Assembly (NCBI GenBank): GCA_032718475.1
Contig: JAUCBJ010002346.1
Span: 1-45,999 of the forward strand
Direction of reading: 5' to 3'
DNA from: Nemertoderma westbladi
Lineage: Eukaryota > Animalia > Xenacoelomorpha
DNA: 45,999 nucleotides
Part shown: positions 24,931-35,990 of the stretch, in pieces
How the letters are laid out: each line of letters starts with the position of its first letter
Position numbering within the stretch: the first letter of the stretch is position 1
Made by a program: the position numbers and the translations under genes
Notes under the pieces: generated by a model
What the model was told of the DNA's origin: nothing
Seen by the model: the letters and a program-made list of their open reading frames with translations, nothing else
Database searches by the model: none

Positions 24931-25932
24931 TCAATCGAGCCGAATCATACCGATCGAGCCGAATAGAACCAATCGAAGCGATCAGGCCGAGTCAAGCCCA
25001 ATCGAGCCGAGTCAAGCCGAACAGAGCTGAGTTGAGCCCAATCAAGCCGAGCGAGCCAGACTGAGCCGAGTCAAGCCCAATCGAGTCGAGTCGAGCCCAA
25101 TAGAGCCGATTCGAGCCCAATCAATCCTAGTCGAGCCCAATTGAGCCGGACAGAGCCAAGTCGACCCCAATCGAGCCATACTGTACCAAGTTGAGTCCAA
25201 TCGAGCCGAGTCAAGCCCAATCAATCCCAATCGAGTCAGGACGAGCGGATTGAGCCGAATCGAGCCCAATTGAGCCAAGTCGAGTCGAGTCGAACCCAAT
25301 CGAGCCGATTGGGCCGAATCGAGCTGAGTCGACTCAGACCGAGCCGAGCCGAACCCAATCGAGCCGAGTCGAGCCGTGTCACTCCAAATTGAGCCGGACT
25401 GAGTCGAGTCGAGACCAATCAAGCCGAGTCGAGCCCAATCGAGCCGAGTCGAGCCCAATCGAGCCGAGTCGAGCCCAATCGAGCCGAGTCGAGCCAGACG
25501 GAGCCGAGTTGAGCTTAATCAAGCCGAGTCGAGCCAGACTGAGCCGAGTTAAGCCCAATCGATTCGAGTCGAGCCCAATAGAGCCGAATCGAGCCCAATC
25601 AAGCCTAGTCGAGCCCAATTGAGCCGGACCAAGCCCAGTCGAGTCGGACTGAGCCAAGTTGAGCCAAATCGAGCTGAGTCAAGCCCAATCAATCCCAATC
25701 GAGCCGTTTCGAGCCCAATCGACCCGAGTCGAGACCAATCGAGCCGAGTCGAGCCCAATTGAGCCAAGTCGAGCCAGACTGAGCTGAGTCGAACCCAATC
25801 AATCCGACTGAGCCGAATCGAGCTGAGTCGAGTCGAGCCCAATCAAGCCAAGTCGAGCCCAATCAAGCCAAACCGAGCCGATCAAGCCAAGTCGAACTGA
25901 ATCAAGCCCAATCATGCCAGACCGAGCCGAGC
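24931..25932 (+). repeat. Degenerate GAGCC-based satellite in unit 9
   Basis: Same pattern as 18465-19232. Confidence 0.9.
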
Positions 25933-27076
25933 TCGTTGTCTCTTTTATTTGAAATAAAAAGTCGGTTCCTTATCGGGCCGCTAGGCCCGTCACTAGTTAG
26001 GAACCGAGAGGTTCATTACTGTAAGAATTGCTCGTGGCTGGCTGGCTGGCTAATCTATAGCCAAAACTACTCTAACGATTTTGATGAAATTTTCACAGCG
26101 GCTAGATACCGCGATTCTAAGGTCCCTGGTATGTTCCGCTATTTCGTCCATGAGCCGTGGGCTCGAAAAATAGACATAAACGAAAAAACGCCATAGGCGC
26201 AATGATAAAAACACCAGCTGGCACTCATGAAAAATGGATAGAGATGGCCTAGTAATGCTATTCTATAGGAATGGCCACCTAACAAGGAAATGCTTTCTGT
26301 GCCAAGTATTATCCTCACTCTACAACTCAGACAGTAAGCAAACAAAAGCCGTGGGATTCTAATGTATTACATCATAAGCTGATTGCTCTCCCAATAGCCC
26401 TCACACACTCACTGAATCGAATGAAATCCTATATCTATTAGCTTAATGCGAATAGCTGGTAAGCTGAATGCCATTTTAGTTATTGTGTACTGTTGATTGC
26501 AGAGTTGACTGCTATGTTGTATGTATTTAATTAAAATAATTTTCGTAGAGGGAAGTTAATTTGGGATTACTTTCTATCAGATGTAAGCAAAGCTGTTCAA
26601 TGGGGTGGGTCATGGGACCCAAATACAGTACATTATGCATGGCAAACATTAATAAAATCATTCAGTCAACCTGGAGGGTATTTGCTTCGTTAACTCTACT
26701 GTGCGAAAAACGAATTCATAATGTTACCCATACTTCAGGTGAATGAATTTTTAGATATTTGTACTGAAGGCAAGGATTTCTGATATAATTAAAATACAAG
26801 ATAGGGGCTTGTTTCGATATATGTAGTTGCGCCCTTCTAGCAGCACGTGAGATAATCAAATAATAGACACAATGCTTGACTTTGTCCCTTCGAGCAGCAC
26901 GTGAGTTTTGCTTTGACCCTTCGATATATGTATTTGCACCCTTCGAGCAGCACGTGAATTACATCAAATAATATACACATTGTTTGACTTTGTCCCTTCG
27001 AGCAGCACGTGAGTTTTGCTTTGACCCTTCGATATATGTATTTGCGCCCTTCGAGCAGCACGGGGAGTCTACTCAG

Positions 27077-27440
27077 ACCGAGCCGAGCCGAGCCAAGCCA
27101 AGCCAAGCCGAGCCGAGCCAAGCCGAGCCGAGCCAAGCCGAGCCGAGCCGAGCCGAGCCGAGCCGAGCCGAGCCGAGCCGAGCCGAGCCGAGCCGAGCCG
27201 AGCCGAGCCGAGCCGAGCCGAGCCGATCCGAGCCGAGCCGAGCCGAACCGAGCCGAACCGAGCCGAGCCGAACCGAACCGAACCGAGCCGAGCCGAGCCG
27301 AGCCAAGCCGAGCCGAGCCGAACCGAGCCAAGCCGAACCGAGCCGAGCCGAGCCGAACCGAGCCGAGCCGAACCGAGCCGAGCCGAGCCGATCAAGCCAA
27401 GTCGAACTTAATCGTGCCCAATCGTGCAAGACCGAGCCGA
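27077..27440 (+). repeat. (GAGCC)n microsatellite in array unit 10
   Basis: Seen directly. Confidence 0.95.
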
Positions 27441-28392
27441 GCTCGTTGTCTCTTTTATTTGAAATAAAAAGTCGGTTCCTTATCGGGCCGCTAGGCCCGT
27501 CACTAGTTATCCAATCAATTTTTACCAATCAACGATCGAGAAGTTTACTGTTGATTTTACATTATTTATTGTAAATCATTAAATAGGCCTACATTGGTAA
27601 TAATTAATAAATTAGCATTCATTTTTTTCTCCTCGATCATCTTTATTTAATCTTGTTTAATAAAATAAAATTTGCTTAATACAATTATAAGCAACAACTT
27701 CAATCGAAATATCGAAAAATAGTTAAGAGACAAAACAGAAAGACGAAAAAGAAGAGAAAGCTGCCTTTACACGGGTCAAAGATCGACACAAAATGACCTA
27801 AAATAAAAATAATATAATTAATGTTTGAGTACTGCGGTTAAATACTACGTTGTCTAATTATACAAATAATATTTGTACAGTTAACCTACAGCAGCGCCTA
27901 TTAATATGACATAAAAAAACCAGATTTCCTATGGTAGGCCTACATCCTAGGTTATTATTAGCTAATTGATGCTTTATGAGCGCAGGTAGGCTAAACATAA
28001 TGATAAAAAGTAAATTAAAATTAAAATGTTTAGTAGGATCTTTTGCTCAAGAAGCTAGTTTAATCCAATTTTTGGTGTGAATATTTGATTAACGTTCTGG
28101 AATATCTTCTTCACTCTCAAAGTATAGCTCGTATATAGTAGCTACTGTAGTATTATTTCATTACACAATGGTGCAGAATTTATTTCAAATATGCGATAAC
28201 CTTGTTAAGTTAAACTTGTTATTCAAAAGTGAATATTTTAAAGAAAAATACATCTTTTACAAAAGAAAGTCATCCTTCAGTCGGACTATCAGTCGGACTA
28301 TCGGTATCCGTCTTCCCATCCTATCATACTTCCATTCCATCCTGGACTTTTCGTCTCAAACTTTCCATATTTATTACTTGCTGTATACTTAC

Positions 28393-28490
28393 TTGGCATA
28401 TAAAATAACAACTCGAACCACCTTGTCTCTGATTGGAATAAGAAGTTGACTGGCGTCTGTAAGACCGGAGTTAAACATGTAGTTGGTAAT
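28393..28490 (-). CDS. grin1: NMDA receptor GluN1-like, amino-terminal-domain exon (ITNYMFNSGLTDASQLLIPIRDKVVRVVILYA)
   Basis: Bounded by AG and GTAAGT, 98 nt, phase 0 to 2. Aligns to GluN1 [30 protein letters not shown], and its phase fits the 11650 exon. Confidence 0.8.
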
Positions 28491-29207
28491 CTAGAATGAA
28501 GAAAAAAAACTATAATAATAATAACTATAAAAAAATTTAGGGTTTTTAAATACTCTCGGGTTTTATGCTAGATTGACTCGACTTTAATTAATTAGCTGGG
28601 ATGCAAACACAAGCATATAGGCCTATACTTAGCTATAAACAGGTATATTAGAACACATTGTCTCGTTCCTTTGTTTGCAGCCAAGGGTAATCGATAATTG
28701 GTTTCTAGAATTGACGTAATTCTGTAGTAAACTTAACCAACGTTATTATCATAACTTAATTAATTATAGTAGTAGGCCCTACTTAATTATCTCCTATCTT
28801 TCTATTCGATATGTACCTTCACGTACCTCCTCAGAAAATTAAAGCTAATTGCCACAAAAACAACCAATCTACGCATTGTATCTGGTGAGTCTGAAATGGT
28901 TTGTTTACTTGTTGTTCACCCATCCCCATATTAGACAATTTTGACAGTCAACTTTGTAGAATTTATTGATAAAAATGTGCCGGTATATTAGACCCATACA
29001 AATTAAAGAAATGGTAGAGGTATATATGGTTATTTATGTGTTGGCTCCAGCTTATGTTTTTGCCTGCCCTTAGTAGTCTTGTAGTTTAAAAAAGAAATAA
29101 TGGAAATCGTGTTTTTTATAAACTTTAGAAGGAATCCTTTACTATACTATCAATTCTAAGTTTCTCCAGTGATAATTGATTCACTTCTGGAAGACCTGAA
29201 ATTGTTG

Positions 29208-29588
29208 AATAATATTGCTGTAGGGGGCAATAATATTGGTGTAGGGGGCAATAATATTGGTGTAGGGGGCAATAATATTGGTGTAGGGGGCAATAATATT
29301 GGTGTAAGGGGCAATAATATTGGTGTAGGGGCAATAATATTGGTGTAGGGGGCAATAATATTGGTGTAGGGGGCAATAATATTGGTGTAGGGGGCAATAA
29401 TATTGGTGTAAGGGGCAATAATATTGGTGTAGGGGGCAATAATATTGGTTTAAGGGGCAATAATATTGGTGTAAGGGGCAATAATATTGGTGTAAGGGGC
29501 AATAATATTGGTGTAAGGGGCAATAATATTGGTGTAAGGGGCAATAATATTGGTGTAAGGGGCAATAATATTGGTGTAAGGGGCAATA
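29208..29588 (+). repeat. 21-bp minisatellite (aataatattggtgtaRggggc), ~18 copies
   Basis: Seen directly. Confidence 0.95.
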
Positions 29589-29728
29589 TACAGAAATGTG
29601 CTAAAAAATTTAATCTGTATTATATTACGCAGATCAAAGTTTATGGAATACGTATTTAATATAAAGTGTTTATTAGTCAAAGTTCACGTGTTTGAAAATG
29701 TAGGAGGGTCAAGCGAACTACTGTCATC

Positions 29729-31802
29729 ATGGAGTCAAACAGCAATAGGTACAAGTCCCAAGGGCCTCATATGAAAACAGACAATGGAATTACACATCAA
29801 AAGCATTATAATCATCAAACAAATACGAGTAACCAAAATAAAGAGAACAATTGGAAAGAGGATAATAAATTGGACGAAAGCGACGGTGAATCATTGTATG
29901 ATATCAAAACGTATGAAGTAGACTTCAATGATAAACCAAATGACACTAACCAAAATAGTGAAGTTGATTATTTAAAGGACGACAACAACGAAGGGGATAA
30001 AAAGGTGGGGAAAGCATGGTGGTCCTCAAAACACGGTAAAAAAAAAGCAGGTATTGCGCAGAAAGGCTCTGAAAAACGGCGCGGAATATCGAAAATTAAA
30101 AATGCATCGAAATATGAAACTGATCAAACAGAAGAGTCTTATGAAGGCTCTGGGGAATATCAGCAAAATGTATACACTTCAGATAAAAAAAGTTATCCCA
30201 ACTCTGCTGTTTATAATAAAGAGCCTGAAGGAATAACCGAAATGAGTGATGAAGATAACTATGGCCTTCACAAACACCAGCATGAACACACCCATGATGC
30301 TTCTGCTAATGATGTTGATGTTGATGTTGATGTTGATAATGATTATGATGTTAATGTCGATGTTGATGATATATATGACGAAGAAGATCCCACCAGAGTT
30401 GCAGTGATTACACGGGAACCGAATGGGGGCAGCAGGGGTAGGAATGCAGTGGGTAGGTGTCTTAACTATTTCGGCAACTCTCTCTCTGGTGAGCCGGCCT
30501 CGGAAGAGAAAGCGAATGCGCCGATGTTTACGCACGCTTCAGTAAATGACTCAAAGTACAACCCCAAACACCATGCGTTTCACCCAACGACGGTCTACGA
30601 TGCCGACCAAGAGACAGTAATCTGCCCAGATAATTCGGCCCAGGATCCAACTACCCTCGTCGTGGTGTCCAGGGATCCAAACAAATCTGGCGTGGCGACA
30701 GTGCAACCACAACGACCTTTTCTAGAACTTCGCGACAAGTACGTAGTGATCGAGAAACAAAAAAAGCCAAAAGTACGTAGGCCAACGCCACCACCAGAAA
30801 CACGGGACATTTCGACTAGCTATGACCCAGTACAGGTAGCGGTACCGGTGGACAGGAGGGATATAGCGACGGAATACACTGCCAGACCTCCGCCAAAAGT
30901 GTTCATGGAACGGGGCACATCTTACCCGAGTCCCTCACCCCCAGTTGATGTAAAGAACCGCGGCACCAGTCCACAACCAGTTACCTATAACTATAACCGA
31001 GGAATTGGAGACGTTCTAGATTTATTTAAAGATGATTGCAAGGTACAAGGCAAATATCCATTAGATAATCTAAATATGTATAACTACTGCGGGACATGCA
31101 AAAATCCACATTGTTATCGCAGTCAATGTTATTACCATCATCGGCCTTGTAGCGCAGTGCCGCACAACAGACACCATAGCCATCCTACTCACCACTGCTG
31201 GCACTCATCGGGGCACTCATCGCGGCCCTGCACCCGTATAAACTCCCCTAGTTGTTACGAAGTAAAGGATCGAGCAACAGAATATAAACCCGATATTCCA
31301 CCGATACCTCGGATGCGAGATGCATCCGTTGGGTATGAATATAACCCATCCTGGAAGAGAAACCACTCCCACAGTCCGAAGAAGAATAAACCCTCGCAAA
31401 ATTACCTTCAGTCACCACGCAACTCATCTCCAGACGAGATTAGTTACCCAATGTGCAATACTCCAGAACATCAAAACGTTACCGAGACCAAGACCAATCA
31501 GCCAACTAGAATCAGCCAGCCTACCATTCCACAGTATTCAGATTACTACAATCCTGGGAGTCAGAGCAATGGTATAGATTTGAAAGCAGTTGACTCTGGG
31601 GGAGAGAAGAAGCGCGCATCATATGGTTCGCAAAGGTCGTCGCTTGGTTGTGCAGTGCATGGGCTAAACAGCTCGGTCGATACGAAAGCGTATAAACGTT
31701 GTGTGGAGTGCCAAAAGGAAACCAATATAGTGATTAACGGTAAATGCCCAGTATGTGATCAAATCAGTGATCCGAGCCGGCCTCCCTGTGGACGCTTATC
31801 TG
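29729..31802 (+). CDS. Unknown largely disordered protein, coding exon 1 (acidic tract, His/Cys-rich patch, CxxC-x11-CxxC near end)
   Basis: 692-codon ORF. A donor TCTG|GTTAGT at 31802/31803 lies just before the stop, in phase 1. Acceptor at 29703 and an upstream GTGAGT donor at 28885 suggest a 5'UTR intron. Confidence 0.75.
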
Positions 31803-32738
31803 GTTAGTAGACCTCCACCCATACATCAATATCAAAGAAAAACAGTACCTAGTGTGTTATAGTTACGTTTTATGTATTTCATGAAATGATATATTGGCTG
31901 AATACCACACTAAGTGGGTTACCATCGCAACCGAAAAAACGATTTAGTAAAACAGCCTTTCGACTTTAATTATTTTTTAAGTATAAAATAATATATGTAG
32001 GGCTTATCGTCCAAATATGTAACAATGTCGGAATTTCGTTTAGAAACAGCTGAGATATACTGATATAGGCTTTCAAAGATTGTTAATCAATGTTCTGGTT
32101 TTTTTTTATGTTTTTGTATTTTGTTTATCAGTTTACGTATGTGTAGCTACTCAATAGGCATACAGGTGTTGCCGACCTACTTTGAATTAAATAATACCTT
32201 CATATAATGTTGTGGTTTTGTGTTTTTTGGCTTATTGTTATTAATTTTTACATTTTTTAATTAATTAATAAAAAATTCCGCAAATCGCACTACTACTATT
32301 AAATAGAATAAATTGTCTCCGGCGAACGATAATTCTTGTAATATTCGATCCCAGCTGGTTCTCAACGAAATTCTGACATTTTTTCATATTTGGAAACATT
32401 GCATACCAAACATCCAAATGATATTAAGAAGTCGCGAATGATTTCATGAATGGCCACGATGGTGCCGCAATCAAAATACAGTCAATAGACCGTTCATTTA
32501 ATAATAAAGACTCAATGAGCGACTAACGCCTTTTTTGGCAATTCTGGCAATTTGGGTCATTAAAGCAAACTTGAGTTTTTTTTAAAAGGCCTCAAAAATA
32601 GTATTGCAATATTTGTTTGCTGGATGGTATGATTAGTTTATGTATAATTTGGACGATTCTTTTTATTATTATTATTATTTAAAAATACAAATTTTAACTC
32701 ACGTTAATTATAATTATATTTTTTGTTCAAAAACTCAG

Positions 32739-33328
32739 GCGAATTTCCAGACAAGGATGACATTAGTTCACTAATCGAGATGTTACAACAACACCGGAAC
32801 AGAATGTACCAGGGAAATTTGACAGCTGAAGACGGTTACAGCATGGAAAGAATGACCTTACTGCTCAATGCTATTAAACAGCATCTCAATACGCAAGAAT
32901 TGAGTAGCACGATAGCGTTAGACCCAACTTCAGCGGCCACCAACATAAATAAGCAACAAGTCTACAACTCACAAATAACAGGTTATAACAATAACAATAC
33001 ACAGTATGACCCACAAACAACAAGTTATAACAACGCATCGAATGGCTCACAAACAACATTGAATCAGAGGAATAATCCAACGGAAAACTACTATACATCC
33101 GAACCGACTCCCAAACAAGATATCGAGACGCGCGAGAAGTCGGTTCACTGGGTGTCCGAACCTCCTTCCGGTACAAAGAAAAGTAAAAGTAAGTCACCAA
33201 AAGGTAATAAATACGGTAAATCTGGGAAAATAGAAGTGGAGCAATTACAGCTCAATGACCAGCCACAACAGGATGTAAAGCCAAAAAAAGAGAAAAAACA
33301 TAAAACGGATAAAAAATTGAAAAAATAA
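32739..33328 (+). CDS. Unknown protein, coding exon 2 (helical segment, Q/N/T-rich, Lys-rich C-terminus); spliced product about 887 aa
   Basis: CAG acceptor ending 32738, phase 1 matching the 31802 donor (S-G-E-F), open to TAA at 33328. Confidence 0.7.
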
Positions 33329-33539
33329 AAAAGAATGAAGGTAGATTAGATTAGATTAGATAGAAACAATAGAAAAATCAACTGTAAAATCATTGTCGAT
33401 AAATGTAAAGGTTAAGTATATGATGTAGAGGATCACTTCTTATATTTAATAATTTATAAAAATTATGTTAAATAATATAGACACTTACTTATTCGCAGAT
33501 AACATTTTTAAAAATTTACGTCGTCGTACGCAACATCCT

Positions 33540-35990
33540 AAATCACAGCAGAAATACGATAGAGCCCACATCACAGCAGCAATACGGCAGGCCTACATCA
33601 CATCAGCAATACGGCAGGTACATCACAGCAGCAATACGGCAGGTCTACATCACAGCAGCAATACGACAGGCCTACATCACATCAGCAATACGGCAGGTTT
33701 ACATCACAGCAGCAATACGGCAGGCCTACATCACAGCAGCAATACGGCAGGCCTACATTACAGCAGCAATACGGCAGGTCTACATCACAGCAGCAATACG
33801 GATGACCTACATCACAGCAGCAATACGGCAGGCCTACATCACAGCAGCAATATGGCAGGCCTACATCACAGCAGCAATACGGCAGGTCTACATCACAGCA
33901 GCAATACGGAAGACCTACATCACAGCAGCAATACGATAGAGCCCACAACACAGCTGCAATACGGCAGGCCTACATCACAGCAGCAATACGGCAGGCCTAC
34001 ATCACAGCAGCAATACGGCAGGCCTACATCACGGCAGAAATACGGCAGGCCCAAATCACAGCAGCAATACGGAAGACCTACATCACAGCAGCAATCCGGA
34101 AGACCTACACCACGGCAGAATATGTGAGGCGTACATCGCAGCAGCAATACGGTAGGCCTACATCACATCAGCAATACGGTACGCCTATATCACAGCAATA
34201 ATACGGCAGGACTACATCACAGCAGAATATGGGAGGCGTACATCGCAGCAGCAATACGGTAAGCCTACATCACATCAGCGATACGGTACGCCTATATCAC
34301 AGCAATAATACGGCAGGCCTACATCACGGCAGAAATACGGCAGACCTACATCACAGCAGCAATACGGTTGGCCTATATCGCACCATCAATACGGCAGGCG
34401 TACATCGCAGCAGCAATACGATAGAGCCCACAACACAGCAGTAATACGGCAGGTCTATATCACAGCAGTAATATGGCATGCCTACATCACAGCAGAATAT
34501 GGGAGGCGTATATCGCAGCAGCAATACGGTAGGCCTACATCACATCAGGAATACGGTACGCCTATGTCACAGCAATAATACGGCAGGCCTACATCACGGC
34601 AGAAATACGGCAGGCCTACATCACAGCAGCAATACGGTAGGCGTACATCGCACCATCAATACATCAGGCGTACATCGCAGCAGCAATACGGTAGGCCTAC
34701 ATCACATCAGCAATACGGTACGCCTATATCACAGCAATAATACGGCAGGCCTATAACACGGCATAAATACGGCAGGCCTACATCACAGCAGCAGTACGGT
34801 AGGCCTACATCGCACCATCAATACGGCAGGCGTACATCGCAGCAGCTAGTACTAGGATCGGCATGCTGCATTGCAGGTACATTTTTAAAAATGCTGTGCC
34901 GGCTTGTCAACAAAATTGCGCCGCCACCACTCCCTATCACTAATGACATTTGCAAGATCATCCGCATCTTCAAGGCCAGTGTCGTTTAAGATGCGTCTCA
35001 AGAAAGTCATGGGCTGTCCATCATGCTTATTCACTCCATGAGGCTGCCAAAGTACAAGATTATGCACTGGCTGGTCCTCACGGCGAAAGCAATGTCCTGC
35101 AAAGCGGAGGCGATTTTGTTCTAGTGTCAAGCTTGGGGGAACCAATGAGACACCTCCAATGTTATATAGTGTCTGGTTGGAGATGTGTGCATTGTACTTG
35201 ACACAATGAACCCGGCGTAGCATTCTGGGGAATGTGCCATCCAGAGATTTGGTGTCCTCAACAGTTAGAGCCCAGCATGGACTCCCAAAGAGGAGTACTG
35301 GAACTACTGCTGCACTAATTAATCGGACCTTAAGTTTCCGATTAATTCTCGGTGACTTCCAAATCCTGGAAAGCCTATTCAAGGTTGCCCATGCCTTTCC
35401 CTTACGAATTCGAAGGTCCGCCCCTGGCTTCCGGATCCATGATCCCAGGTAACAGAAGTCGTCCACATGCTCAAGCATACCATCCTTTGAGCTTATGCTC
35501 ATCCGATCAGAGACTTGCTGAGGACTTTCAAAGTTAACTGTCAAAATTTTGGTCTTTCTGGAGTTAATAAAAAGACCAACACTAGAAGCAGCATTTTCTA
35601 ATGAGCTGAGGAGCCGTTGGGCTCCCTCTAGTGATTCTGAGAGTACTCCTAAGTCATCAACAAAGTCTAGATCAGTTATGTGCTTGGCAGGATTTCCTCG
35701 ACTTCTAGAGCCAGTAGGTGGAGTTATCATCACCCCATCATCATTATGATGATCTAAGGACATGCGTAGAACATAGTCAACCACAATTATGAACAAGAAT
35801 GGTGCAAGTGTGTCTCCCTGGAGGACGCCCCATAACACTTCAAATGGTTCTGTGTCACCGTCAACAGTAGACAGAAATGTTGCAGCAGCAATACGGTAGA
35901 CCTACATCGCACAGCAATACGGTAGACTTACATCATAGCAGAAAAACGGGAAATCTACAACACAGCAGCATACGGTAGGCCTACATCACA
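33540..35990 (+). repeat. 27-bp minisatellite (catcacagcagcaatacggcaggccta), interrupted by the LINE at 34847-35881
   Basis: Seen directly; resumes in register after the TSD. Confidence 0.92.
34847..35881 (-). mobile_element. 5'-truncated non-LTR retrotransposon (RTE-like clade) with 8-bp TSD
   Basis: Open RT C-terminal frame (GVLQGDTLAPFLF, LDFVDD, FCYLGS, RLRFAGHC) ending at 34885, very short 3'UTR. GCAGCAGC is duplicated at 34839-34846 and 35882-35889. Confidence 0.9.

Larger units (their letters stand above)
12224..27506 (+). mobile_element. Head-to-tail array of ten non-autonomous Helentron/DINE-like (HINE) elements
   Basis: Units start at 12224, 13227, 14723, 16210, 16969, 19298, 20301, 22263, 23770 and 25997. 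Each has TTAG + subterminal IR, a (GGCT/GACT)n tract and a conserved core (aacgattttgatgaaattttcac). All but the truncated unit 4 end in a 3' subterminal IR, a GC hairpin and CTAG. No TSD. Confidence 0.85.

Noticed and set aside
12192-26345. Recurrent short ORFs ending CENFIKIVRVVLAVD
   Set aside because: Antisense translation of the non-coding element core, with variable frames and starts between copies.
18488-27574. ORFs rich in AEPSR/LGSAR
   Set aside because: Translations of the stop-free (GAGCC)n satellite, open in several frames on both strands.
29125-29680. LPLTPIL / IAPYTNI ORFs
   Set aside because: Translation of the 21-bp minisatellite.
33465-34756. HHSSNTAGL / YCCCDVGLP repeat ORFs
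   Set aside because: Products of the 27-bp minisatellite with frameshifts; no independent coding evidence.
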